Source: an uncultured Actinomycetes bacterium
GTDB taxonomy: Bacteria > Actinomycetota > Actinomycetes > Nanopelagicales > Nanopelagicaceae
Reading direction: 5' to 3'
Length of the DNA: 64,000 nucleotides
Assembly (NCBI GenBank): GCA_903838295.1
Contig: CAILXX010000007.1
Coordinates: forward strand, 489-64,488
The notes below the pieces were generated by a model. That model did no database searches and had not been told where the DNA came from. It saw only the letters and a program-made list of their open reading frames with translations. Made by a program: the position numbers and the translations under genes. Positions 27,497 through 36,484 of the stretch are shown in pieces (positions within the stretch are counted from its first letter, which is position 1; each line of letters begins with the position of its first letter).

Positions 27497-27501
27497 CAAC
27501 C

Positions 27502-28272
27502 ATGCCACGCCACCCAGAACGCCAACTAGAAAGAATTTCACAACCTGTTGCAGCAGAGTTGATGAAGAAGAGTGGGGTAGCAGTCGTAGTTGCTGGAAGC
27601 ATCGAGCAACACGGAAGCCACTTGCCCCTAGGAACAGATTTGTTTGCTGCCTTATCAATCGGAGAGCGCGTTGCAGAAAGATTAAACACAATTGTTGTGA
27701 CACTTGGTTCAGTTGGCATCGCGCACTATCACGCTGGCTGGGCCGGCTCTTTAACTCTTAAGCCAGAGACAATGATTAGCGTCTTTGTGGATATCTGCGA
27801 AGGGCTCAAAGAAGCCGGAGCAAACCGAATTTTGGTGGTCAACTGGCATGAAGGAAATTCTGCAACGATGCGGATTGCAGCTGACCGCGCGCAAATGGTT
27901 CATGGAGTACAAGTAGTTGTTGGTGAGTCACATATCATCACAAATTCATTGCATCCAGAGGAGATGGAATTTACACATTCTGGCGCCATGGAGACATCTG
28001 CAGTTCTTGCATATGATGCATCATTAGTGCATTTGGATCGCTTGGCGGCGCCGAGTGATCGCGAAGCGGGGGATGAAGCACACGAGCTTTTCCGCCGCCG
28101 TGATGTGTATCCAATCATGCGCGATTTTCATGATGTCGCCCCCACGGGTTGGTATGGACATCCAGAAACAGCCACGGTTGCAAGATCAGAAGAGATTGCC
28201 GAAGAAGTTGCGGATCACATTGTTCGTAGGGCAAAAGAAGTCTGGGATGCACTAGGAAAGGTTTCTCACTGA
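27502..28272 (+). CDS. Creatininase-family (creatinine amidohydrolase fold) metal hydrolase
   Basis: GSIEQHGSHLPLGTD, NWHEGN and HSGAMETS match PF02633 motifs. ATG at 27502 with GGAGGG upstream. The listed 27427 start would overlap the previous gene by 70 nt. Confidence 0.85.
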   Translation: MPRHPERQLERISQPVAAELMKKSGVAVVVAGSIEQHGSHLPLGTDLFAALSIGERVAERLNTIVVTLGSVGIAHYHAGWAGSLTLKPETMISVFVDICEGLKEAGANRILVVNWHEGNSATMRIAADRAQMVHGVQVVVGESHIITNSLHPEEMEFTHSGAMETSAVLAYDASLVHLDRLAAPSDREAGDEAHELFRRRDVYPIMRDFHDVAPTGWYGHPETATVARSEEIAEEVADHIVRRAKEVWDALGKVSH

Positions 28273-29330
28273 TGACTGAGCAAAAAACAATGCGGGCCGC
28301 TGTTTTAGCGGACTTTGGTTCACTATCGGTTACGGATGTTGCGATTCCAGAACTTGAATACGGCGAAGTCTTGTGTCGAGTCAACGCATGTGGGATGTGC
28401 GGTACCGATCTAAAGATTGTTAACGGTGGATTTAAGGGAACCTGGCCACCAAGCATGCCTTTCATCTTGGGACACGAATGGTCTGGAACCATTGTAAAAA
28501 TGGGTGCTGGTACCGAAAAGAGTGGACTTGCGGTCGGAGATCGAGTCGTCGCAGAGAACCATGCTGGTTGTTCCGCTTGCGTGATGTGCCGACAAGGTCG
28601 TTATAACTTATGCGATCGTGTCAAAGATCCTGGTTTCAAGTTGTACGGTCACACAGCTCCTGGTGCATTGGCAGAATTTGCATCACGTCCAGCAGTAGCG
28701 GTTCATAAAATTCCTGACTCTGTTTCTGATCTTGCGGGTGCCCTTGTTAACCAAGCAGCCCTAACAGTCCATGCCGGGCGCCGTGCTGATATTCGTCCTG
28801 GTTCTACCGTCGCAGTTTATGGCCCAGGTCTCTTGGGACTTTTGATGTTGCAAGTTGCACGCGCTGCTGGCGCAACACAGGTAATTGTTGTGGGACGTGG
28901 CGCTCGGTTGGAGACCGCGCTAGAACTTGGCTGCGATGCTGTCGTAGATTATGAAAAATCTGATCCGGTCGCAGAGATCCGTCGCATGACGGGTGGACGT
29001 GGAGTTGATTACGTTTTTGACTGCTCTGGCAATCCTGCAGTTGTCGAGCAGCTTTTTAGATCCACGCGCCGTGGCGGCAAGATCGCGATGTTGGGTTTGA
29101 CTGGCGGTCAGACCGCAACCCTGCCAATCGATCTATTGGCATTGGACGAGATTGACCTCCTGGGAGTTCGCTCAAGCCCCAATTGTTATCCAGCGACGAT
29201 TGCCCTGATCGCCTCCGGAGCCATCAAGACCGAACCGCTGACGACTTTTACCTACGGTCTAGATCAGATAGACGAGGCCTTTGCGGCTCTGGAATCCCGC
29301 CAGGTCATTCGCCCGATCGTGCTCCTCTAA
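28272..29330 (+). CDS. Zinc-dependent alcohol/polyol dehydrogenase (MDR family)
   Basis: CGMCGTDLK, GHEWSG and the structural-zinc cluster CSACVMCRQGRYNLC, plus the Rossmann motif VYGPGLLG. 1-nt overlap (TGATG) with the upstream gene. Confidence 0.85.
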   Translation: MTEQKTMRAAVLADFGSLSVTDVAIPELEYGEVLCRVNACGMCGTDLKIVNGGFKGTWPPSMPFILGHEWSGTIVKMGAGTEKSGLAVGDRVVAENHAGCSACVMCRQGRYNLCDRVKDPGFKLYGHTAPGALAEFASRPAVAVHKIPDSVSDLAGALVNQAALTVHAGRRADIRPGSTVAVYGPGLLGLLMLQVARAAGATQVIVVGRGARLETALELGCDAVVDYEKSDPVAEIRRMTGGRGVDYVFDCSGNPAVVEQLFRSTRRGGKIAMLGLTGGQTATLPIDLLALDEIDLLGVRSSPNCYPATIALIASGAIKTEPLTTFTYGLDQIDEAFAALESRQVIRPIVLL

Positions 29331-29380
29331 CCAGCCCATAACCAGCCCAAAATCGTTATAACTTAAACGGCAGAAATCCA

Positions 29381-29409
29381 TTGACACGACCAGACCTTGG
29401 GGATACCTT
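29381..29409 (+). promoter_or_regulatory. Candidate promoter of the ABC-importer operon
   Basis: TTGACA (29381-29386), a 17-nt spacer, then TACCTT (29404-29409). The operator begins 3 nt downstream. Confidence 0.45.
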
Positions 29410-29411
29410 TC

Positions 29412-29425
29412 TGCAAACGATTGCG
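29412..29425. promoter_or_regulatory. LacI-type operator candidate, site 3 (TGCAAACGATTGCG)
   Basis: Same 14-mer family, immediately downstream of the -10 element and 44 nt upstream of the binding-protein ATG. Confidence 0.65.
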
Positions 29426-29468
29426 TACTTCACTTGGAAGCACATCGCGACTAACCGGGAGGAAGAAA

Positions 29469-30725
29469 ATGCATAAATTAAGGCTTGGCAGTGTTGCCAA
29501 CCGACGTAAGGTTCAAATCGGCGCTGTACTTGGCGCTGCCGCTCTAGCAGTTACGGGACTTACAGTTCCTAATGCAATTGCAGCTGGTAAGCCGATCACG
29601 ATCGGTATCTCTGTATCACTTTCTGGCGACTTCTCCGGTGACGGTGTCGCTACCCAACAAGGTTACAAAATTTGGGCTGCATGGCAGAACGCGCACGGCG
29701 GAATTCTTGGACGTCCAGTTGTCCTGAAGTTCTTGTCTGATGCCTCAAGCCCTACGCAAGTCGTAACTAACTACCAAAAATTTATGACAGCAGACAAAGT
29801 TGACTTTGTCCTCGGACCTTACTCAACTAAGTTGACCAAGCCAGCATCAAATACTGCAAATCGTTATCACTATGTAATGCTTGAAGGAATTGGCGGCGGA
29901 CCATCCGTCTTCTCACGTGGCTTGAAGAACGTCTTCGATGTATCTGCATCGGCTACGTATCAGTTAGTTACTTATGCAAAGTGGTTGGCCGCAACACAGA
30001 AGCCACAGCCAATTGCATACGCAACAATGGATGATCCATTCATTCAACCAATGGTGGATTATGCTCGTGCTTATCTTGATAAGAAGGGCTTCACTGAAGC
30101 CGTTTACAAGGTATACCCAGCAGAGACAACAGACTTCTCACCTATCGCTTCGGCTGTAGCTGCTACAGGCGCGAAGATTGCAATCTTGGGAACTATGCCA
30201 CCTGATGGTTATGCGATGGTTCAGAATTTCATTCAGGCTAAGTACAACCCAGAGCAATTGATTATGGCTTCAGGACCTGACCAAGGTGCTGACTTCACCA
30301 AGAGCGTGGGAATTACAAACACTGAAGGATTGATGGTTCCAAATACTTGGATTCCAACATCTAACTACCCAGGTAACAAAGATATGGTTGCTGCGTATAT
30401 CAAGGCTTACGGCGGAGATATCAATGCAATCAATGCTGACGTTCCTGAAGCATTCGCAGCAGGTCAAGTTCTAGCCGAAGCTGTTAACAAAATTGGATCT
30501 ACTGACAACAAGAAGTTGCAGGCCTATCTACACTCTGGTGCTTCATTCACCAGTGTTCAGGGTCCGGTTCAATTCGCAGCAGATGGTCAAAACTCTGGTG
30601 CCGCTCCTTATGTCTTCCAATGGCAGAAGGGCGTTTACCTTCCAGTATTGCCACTTGGCGGTCCTGACAAGGTTTCACCAATCGAGACAATGCGTCCCGA
30701 TTGGGGTACCACACCAGGTATGTAA
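29469..30725 (+). CDS. ABC transporter substrate-binding protein, LivJ/type-1 PBP family
   Basis: Signal peptide RRKVQIGAVLGAAALAVTGLTVPNAIAAGKP, then ITIGISVSLSGDFSGDG typical of Leu/Ile/Val-type binding proteins. GGGAGG precedes the ATG at 29469. Confidence 0.85.
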   Translation: MHKLRLGSVANRRKVQIGAVLGAAALAVTGLTVPNAIAAGKPITIGISVSLSGDFSGDGVATQQGYKIWAAWQNAHGGILGRPVVLKFLSDASSPTQVVTNYQKFMTADKVDFVLGPYSTKLTKPASNTANRYHYVMLEGIGGGPSVFSRGLKNVFDVSASATYQLVTYAKWLAATQKPQPIAYATMDDPFIQPMVDYARAYLDKKGFTEAVYKVYPAETTDFSPIASAVAATGAKIAILGTMPPDGYAMVQNFIQAKYNPEQLIMASGPDQGADFTKSVGITNTEGLMVPNTWIPTSNYPGNKDMVAAYIKAYGGDINAINADVPEAFAAGQVLAEAVNKIGSTDNKKLQAYLHSGASFTSVQGPVQFAADGQNSGAAPYVFQWQKGVYLPVLPLGGPDKVSPIETMRPDWGTTPGM

Positions 30726-30737
30726 CAAATAATTGCC

Positions 30738-30781
30738 AGAAGGAAGGCAGCCACTTGGGTGACTGCCTTCCTTCTTTTAAT
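30738..30781 (+). terminator. Intra-operon hairpin with T/A-rich tail (attenuating terminator after the binding-protein gene)
   Basis: agaaggaaggcagccac-ttgg-gtgactgccttccttct, a 17-bp stem with one mismatch, followed by tttaataaaaa. Confidence 0.6.
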
Positions 30782-30813
30782 AAAAACACTTCAACACTTG
30801 GAGGCTTAATAGC

Positions 30814-31686
30814 GTGTTAGTTTTACAGGCAATTATTGAGGGAGTGCTCGTTGGCGGGTTCTATGCGCTAATGGCTGCAGGACTCACACTGGTATTCGGT
30901 GTGATGGATATTGTTAATTTTGCGATCGGTGCGCTGATCGTCCTTGGTGCATATCTTAGTTACAGCGTTTGTAACCATCTGCACATTGATCCATTCCTAT
31001 CCCTTCTCATCACGACACCTTTGATGACAGGTCTGGGCATGTTTATTTATGTCTTCCTGATCAAACCTATTAAGACCAATCGAGTAGTTATGTCATTGTT
31101 GACGATGTTTGCGGTCGCAACTTTGATAGAAGGTATTCTGGATATTTGCTACAACAGTGGCTTTGTTCAAATTCATGCCTCATATATCAACAACTCACTC
31201 AAGATCGGCAAGCTCAATTTCCCTTTGATTTATGTCCTCTCTTTCTTATTGAGCGTTTTCTTGCTCGGCTGTCTCTTCTTGATTACATACAGAACCAAAT
31301 TTGGACGCTCGCTGCGTGCTTCAATGCAAAACCCGGTTGCAGCTAGGCTTGTGGGAATCGACACCGATCGAGTTTCGATGATCACACTTGGTATCGGCAT
31401 CGGACTTGCCGCTATTGGTGGAATGGTCTTTGGAACTACCAACGCATTCAACGCTTCTAGCTCTTATGACATTATTTCTCGCCTCTTGGTCATCGTGATT
31501 CTGGGTGGTTTTGGCAGCGTAGGCGGCGCACTCGTTTCAGCCATTTTTATGCTTGTTATCCAAGATGTAGTTGCGGTTGTCTGGTCGCCAGTATGGGGAT
31601 CAACCACGTTCTACATGATTTTGATTCTGGTTCTATTGGTTAGACCACAAGGTCTATTTGGTAAAAAGGGAGTACGCGCTCAGTGA
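30814..31686 (+). CDS. ABC transporter permease, LivH-like
   Basis: GTG start. Polytopic 290-aa protein with N-terminus QAIIEGVLVGGFYALMAAGLTLVFGVMDIVNFA, typical of the BPD_transp_2 family. Confidence 0.85.
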   Translation: MLVLQAIIEGVLVGGFYALMAAGLTLVFGVMDIVNFAIGALIVLGAYLSYSVCNHLHIDPFLSLLITTPLMTGLGMFIYVFLIKPIKTNRVVMSLLTMFAVATLIEGILDICYNSGFVQIHASYINNSLKIGKLNFPLIYVLSFLLSVFLLGCLFLITYRTKFGRSLRASMQNPVAARLVGIDTDRVSMITLGIGIGLAAIGGMVFGTTNAFNASSSYDIISRLLVIVILGGFGSVGGALVSAIFMLVIQDVVAVVWSPVWGSTTFYMILILVLLVRPQGLFGKKGVRAQ

Positions 31687-32753
31687 GTACCGACATAACT
31701 ACATCCCAGCGCCCAACCCCACCTTCGTACGAGGTTCCAAAGGTTTATCGCTATGGCGCATTGATCGTTGGATTCTTCGCACTCGTCATCTTCCCGTTGG
31801 TATTTAACAATCCAACGATTTCGACCATAGGCGTATTTGCCATGATCTTTTTGATGGCTGTTACTGGATGGAACATTTTCTCTGGTTACACCGGCTATAT
31901 CGCTCTAGGCCATGCGGTCTTCTTTGGAATTGGACAGTATGCGACGGCGATGCTCTCGTCCTATTGGCACATCAACCCCGGAATGTGGACCTTTGTATTA
32001 ATCCCAGTTTCGATGATCTTGGCTGGCATTGCCGCAATTCCTATCGGATTTATGATTCTTCGTGTTCGCAAGCACACGTTTATCGTGCTGACGATTGCGT
32101 TGATGTTTATTTTCCAATTATTTGCTTACAACCTCCGCTCGTGGACTGGTGGATCGCAAGGCTTAGAGGTAGGTCAACCAGGATGGGACGGTAGCGTCTT
32201 TAACCTCCCTTATTACTATGTTGGTCTCTTTGTTGCGATCATTGCAATTATTACCTCATTCATGATCCGACGCTCTAAGTTCGGGCTGAGCCTTCTGGCT
32301 ATTCGCGATGACGAAGACCGCGCTCGCAGCCTTGGTATCAACACCACTCGATCAAAGTTGATCGCGTTTATTATCTCGGCCGTCTTCTTAGGCGCCGCTG
32401 GTTGTATCTATGCGATGTTTGTCGGATCTGTGTATCCACAGTTCTCCTTCGATCCAGCTTTTGACTTAGAACTTTCGATTATGGCCTTTGCTGGTGGCTT
32501 AGGGACAATCCTTGGACCCTCACTCGGTGCTTTGATCATCTCTGCCGCGCAGCAGTACTTCTTGATCAGCTTTGGTGGAGCAAACGTATTCTTGATCGTT
32601 TACGGTGCACTTTTCATCGTGATACTGCGGTTGCTTCCTGGCGGCGTTGTGCCAGCTATCTCTGATAAATGGCGATCACATGTTGTCCGCAAAGAGCAAC
32701 GAAAACTTGATGCCGAAATCCAAGGTCCTGCCGAAGGAGGTGCCAAGAAATGA
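31683..32753 (+). CDS. ABC transporter permease, LivM-like
   Basis: 4-nt overlap with the upstream gene. Polytopic 356-aa protein with GYTGYIALGHAVFFGIGQY, typical of LivM-type permeases. Confidence 0.85.
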   Translation: MSTDITTSQRPTPPSYEVPKVYRYGALIVGFFALVIFPLVFNNPTISTIGVFAMIFLMAVTGWNIFSGYTGYIALGHAVFFGIGQYATAMLSSYWHINPGMWTFVLIPVSMILAGIAAIPIGFMILRVRKHTFIVLTIALMFIFQLFAYNLRSWTGGSQGLEVGQPGWDGSVFNLPYYYVGLFVAIIAIITSFMIRRSKFGLSLLAIRDDEDRARSLGINTTRSKLIAFIISAVFLGAAGCIYAMFVGSVYPQFSFDPAFDLELSIMAFAGGLGTILGPSLGALIISAAQQYFLISFGGANVFLIVYGALFIVILRLLPGGVVPAISDKWRSHVVRKEQRKLDAEIQGPAEGGAKK

Positions 32754-33499
32754 CACTATTAGGCGTAAATAACATCAGCAAGAGCTATGGTGGGATTCAA
32801 GCTCTTCGCGAGTGCACAATGAATTTCCAAGAAGGTGCCATCAATGGTTTGATCGGACCTAACGGTTCCGGTAAGACCACTCTGTTTAACGTGATGACGG
32901 GTTACGAAACTCCAGATTCTGGGACGGTAACATTCCGTGGAAACGACATTACTAATGCGACGCCAGATGAAGTATTTGCATCTGGTATCGGGCGCACTTT
33001 CCAGTTAACAAGAATTTTCCCACGTTTAACTGTGATTGAGAACGTTCATATTGCGGCGCAACGTCAAGGCTTCTTAGCTCAGTTGCGTCAATGGTCACAA
33101 CCGGATGAGCGCGCTCGCGCATTAGAAAGCCTTGATTTCGTGGGTCTCACCAAGTTGTCACGCGAACCCGCAGGCAGTCTCTCTTACGGTCAGCAGAAAC
33201 TACTGGAGTTTGCATTTATTATGGTTGCAGAACCAAAAGTCATGTTGCTCGACGAACCTGCCGGTGGCGTAAACCCAACCTTGCTGAAGCACCTTGGTGG
33301 TCGTATTAAGGAACTTAATAAGTCCGGAGTCACCTTTATTATCGTAGAACACGATATGGAATTCGTTATGGGAATCTGCGATCAGGTATCTGTCATGCAC
33401 CAAGGCCACGCGCTTCTTGAAGGCAAGCCAGATATTGTTCGAAATGATCCTGCGGTTCTTGAGGCGTACCTTGGTACAGATATGTCGGAGGCTGAATAA
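32750..33499 (+). CDS. ABC transporter ATPase, LivG-like
   Basis: Walker A GPNGSGKTT, signature SYGQQK, Walker B MLLDEPAGG and a C-terminal EAYLG tail. Confidence 0.9.
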   Translation: MTLLGVNNISKSYGGIQALRECTMNFQEGAINGLIGPNGSGKTTLFNVMTGYETPDSGTVTFRGNDITNATPDEVFASGIGRTFQLTRIFPRLTVIENVHIAAQRQGFLAQLRQWSQPDERARALESLDFVGLTKLSREPAGSLSYGQQKLLEFAFIMVAEPKVMLLDEPAGGVNPTLLKHLGGRIKELNKSGVTFIIVEHDMEFVMGICDQVSVMHQGHALLEGKPDIVRNDPAVLEAYLGTDMSEAE

Positions 33500-34225
33500 A
33501 TGCTTAACCTTAAAGGCGTATTTGCAGGTTATGGTGGTGGAGATATTCTTCGCGGCGTTGACCTTAATATTGAAAAGGGTTCTATCACCTGCGTTGTAGG
33601 TCCAAACGGCGCTGGTAAATCCACTTTGCTCAAGGTAGTTAGCGGATTGCTTACACCTCGCCTAGGTGAAGTGACATTCTTAGGTGAGTCAATTGCAGGT
33701 AAGTCGCCCCAGTCAATCCTCAAAGGTGGAATAGTCCAAGTAATGCAGGCACGTAGCTTGTTCCCTGATCTGACTGTTCGCGAAAATATCGAGCTAGGCG
33801 CATTCCTGATCAACGATCAAAAGCTTGTGCAGAAGCGCTTTGACGAGATCATGGATCAATTCCCCATGGTTAAAGATCGTCTAAAAGATAAAGCAGGTTC
33901 GCTTTCGGGGGGACAGCAACGCACGGTCGAATTTGCACGCGCTCTGATGTTGGATCCAGCACTCGTCGTTTTGGATGAACCATCCATGGGACTAGAACCA
34001 AAGGCAGCAGCTTCTATGTATAGCTATGTCCGTCAGATGCGCGAACATGGACGCACCGTTTTGCTCGTTGAGCAGAACGTACGCGCTGGTTTGGGTCTTG
34101 CAACCCATGGTGTTGTCTTAGAAGCAGGAAGAGTTCGTCTTACAGGCACTGGCAAAGAGATTCTGGAAAATCCACAGATGAAGGTTCTTTACTTGGGTGG
34201 CAGTACCCAACAGGAAGATGCTTGA
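33500..34225 (+). CDS. ABC transporter ATPase, LivF-like
   Basis: Walker A GPNGAGKST, signature LSGGQQR, Walker B VVLDEPSMG, with a VLYLGG tail. Confidence 0.9.
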   Translation: MLNLKGVFAGYGGGDILRGVDLNIEKGSITCVVGPNGAGKSTLLKVVSGLLTPRLGEVTFLGESIAGKSPQSILKGGIVQVMQARSLFPDLTVRENIELGAFLINDQKLVQKRFDEIMDQFPMVKDRLKDKAGSLSGGQQRTVEFARALMLDPALVVLDEPSMGLEPKAAASMYSYVRQMREHGRTVLLVEQNVRAGLGLATHGVVLEAGRVRLTGTGKEILENPQMKVLYLGGSTQQEDA

Positions 34226-35411
34226 CCTAACCGCGCAACAGAAGGAACTCATCCGTGCGACTAAAGATTACGTGGATCGAGTTATTCGTCCCGCAGTTTC
34301 ACGGTTAGACAGTCTTCAAGAGATTTACGAATTCCCGTATGACCTAATGCGCGAAGGCAGCGCATTAGGACTCAAGTCAATGCCTTTGCCAACAGAACTT
34401 GGCGGCATCGACGCCGACATGGTTACACAAGCATTGGTTGTTGCAGAATTAGCGGCTGGTGATGTTTCGGTCGGTTATTTTTTCCGACATTACTGGCGCT
34501 TTGCCCGATTGATTCCCCGCCTGCCGGATGAGATTCGAGCAATGGTGGTTGATGGAATTTCCCATGATGAAAAATTTGTGCCAGCTAGTGCCAGTACCGA
34601 ATCTGCGGCAGGAAGTGACAATTCTGTTCCATATGATGCCCCAGGTGCTGGCGCAATGCTCTCAGCCGTCAAAGATGGCGATGATTGGATTCTTAACGGC
34701 GAAAAATTCATGATTACAAATGGCGGCATTGCTACTTTGTATTTTGTTTTAGCACGGACGGATCCCAGCAAGGGAGTCGTTGATGGCTGCACCATGTTTG
34801 CGGTCCCAGCAAGCACTCCTGGGCTGACTTGCGGCCCATTGTGGCCAAAGCTGGGTCAACGCGGATCTCCCCAGGCTGATATCACTTTTAAAAATGTACG
34901 AGTGCCAGCCGCCAACGCAATGACAAAAGTTGGTGAAGGATATGCTGCGAGTGAGCGCGGGCTTATTGCAGCAAATATAACAAATGCTGGAATGTGTCTT
35001 GGAATTGCTCGTGAAGCATATGACTTAGCCCTTAAATGGAGCACCGAAAGAGTTCAGGGTGGTCAGGCTATTTATAAGCATCAGTTGGTGGCCCATGATT
35101 TAGGCCGCATGAAGACTCTGGTTGATTCAACTCGTAGTCATTTGATCAACGTGGCATGGCGGTACTCACATGATCGCGAATTTCATGAATCAGAAAGTTG
35201 GCAGATACGAGTCATGGCGGCCGATGCAGCAATCGAGGTAACTCAAAAAGCGCTATTCCTCTTTGGTGGGCGAGGCATTATGAAAAATTATCCAATCGAA
35301 AAATTGGTGCGTGACGCCCTAACGATGACGCATGGAAATGGAACTAGCGAGTTGATGACCATGAAGATTGGTTTGCACGAAGGTGAAAAACTTATAAAAG
35401 GAGATGGCTGA
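34218..35411 (+). CDS. Acyl-CoA dehydrogenase family protein
   Basis: ~397 aa. N-terminal LTAQQKELIRATKDYV, a middle beta domain (WILNGEKFMITNGG) and the C-terminal helix FGGRGIMKNYPIEKLVRDA. The ATG at 34218 overlaps the LivF-like stop by 8 nt. Confidence 0.8.
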   Translation: MLDLTAQQKELIRATKDYVDRVIRPAVSRLDSLQEIYEFPYDLMREGSALGLKSMPLPTELGGIDADMVTQALVVAELAAGDVSVGYFFRHYWRFARLIPRLPDEIRAMVVDGISHDEKFVPASASTESAAGSDNSVPYDAPGAGAMLSAVKDGDDWILNGEKFMITNGGIATLYFVLARTDPSKGVVDGCTMFAVPASTPGLTCGPLWPKLGQRGSPQADITFKNVRVPAANAMTKVGEGYAASERGLIAANITNAGMCLGIAREAYDLALKWSTERVQGGQAIYKHQLVAHDLGRMKTLVDSTRSHLINVAWRYSHDREFHESESWQIRVMAADAAIEVTQKALFLFGGRGIMKNYPIEKLVRDALTMTHGNGTSELMTMKIGLHEGEKLIKGDG

Positions 35412-36475
35412 TGACAACAGGAGATCCAACGATTGATGATGAACGTTTAGAATCGATGTATCGCCGCTTTACTTGGCGCATCATGTCTAATTCGGTATCA
35501 CCATGGGAATTTGAGAAGTTAAAGAAGGATATTACGGATTACGAACAGTGGTGCACAAAGTGGAGCGCTCTAGCAGCCGAACACGTAGCGCGTGGTGATG
35601 CAGCATTGGCAGCAGGTCATTCCATTACAGCCGGTGAGGCGTATATTCGTGCCGGGCTGGTTTATCACTGGGCTACCTTTATGTTTACGCACGATCAACC
35701 ACAATTTAAAGCGGGTCTAAAGGCAATGGGGGAAGCGTGGGCGAAAGCCGCACCGCTCTTGATTCCAAAGATGGAGATTGTGAAAGTGCCGTTTGAGGGC
35801 ATCACCTTAAATGGCTACATTCAAAAGCCAGCAGGCGTGGAAAATCCACCACTTGTCGTCATGGTTCCTGGCGCGGATTCCACAAAAGAAGAGCTGTATG
35901 ACCTAGCCCAACATATTCTTCGTCGCGGAATGGCCATTGCAGCTTTTGACGGTCCTGGTCAAGGCGAGGTCAGCCTTAGTATGAAGATGCGGCCTGATTA
36001 TGAAAAAGCGATTGTTGCGATGATTGACTCTTTGGTAACCCGTAATGACATCAATAAAGATCGCGTTGCTATGTGCGGTATTTCTTATGGCGGGCTTTTC
36101 TCATTTAGAGCAGCATCAATTGATTCACGGATCAAAGCCCTAGTCTCGGTTTCTAGTTGGTATTCCCCGGCCGGAAGATTTGCGGGAATGGAACGTCTGA
36201 CTAGTACCGGACAATATCAATATCTTGGTGCGGACCCAGCAGCTGTAATGGAATCGATAACGCTTGAAGGCATACTCAAAAATGTAACAGTCCCTGTACT
36301 GCAGGTCTTTGGTGGATTGGATCCTTGGTCACCTGCTACCAAGGCAGAATTAATTGCCGAAGAGATTAAAGGACCAAGTACGACATTGCTCTTTGATGAT
36401 GGCGTGCACATTGTGAACAATATTTGGTACAAGTCCAGGCCCGCGATTGCGGACTGGTTAAGTTCGGCCTTTTAA
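35411..36475 (+). CDS. Alpha/beta hydrolase, DHPON-hydrolase-like, paralog 2
   Basis: Same architecture as 22526..23596: a cap with WCTKWSALAAEH...YHWATFMFT, then PGADSTKEEL and the nucleophile elbow GISYGGLFS. 1-nt overlap with the ACAD gene. Confidence 0.8.
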   Translation: MTTGDPTIDDERLESMYRRFTWRIMSNSVSPWEFEKLKKDITDYEQWCTKWSALAAEHVARGDAALAAGHSITAGEAYIRAGLVYHWATFMFTHDQPQFKAGLKAMGEAWAKAAPLLIPKMEIVKVPFEGITLNGYIQKPAGVENPPLVVMVPGADSTKEELYDLAQHILRRGMAIAAFDGPGQGEVSLSMKMRPDYEKAIVAMIDSLVTRNDINKDRVAMCGISYGGLFSFRAASIDSRIKALVSVSSWYSPAGRFAGMERLTSTGQYQYLGADPAAVMESITLEGILKNVTVPVLQVFGGLDPWSPATKAELIAEEIKGPSTTLLFDDGVHIVNNIWYKSRPAIADWLSSAF

Positions 36476-36484
36476 GGAGAAAAG

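Noticed and set aside
27427-27501. Longer N-terminal extensions given by the ORF track (27427, 29397, 23614, 12916, 16669, 18173, 25739)
   Set aside because: The extensions overlap upstream genes or regulatory sites and add residues unlike the family N-termini. Internal starts have good SD sequences or TAnnnT-N6 signals. The longer forms cannot be fully excluded without proteomics.
27502-28272. Creatininase-family gene as MftE of a mycofactocin cluster
   Set aside because: No radical-SAM (mftC), RRE (mftB), precursor peptide (mftA) or glycosyltransferase gene lies nearby. The neighbours are a TPP enzyme and an MDR dehydrogenase.
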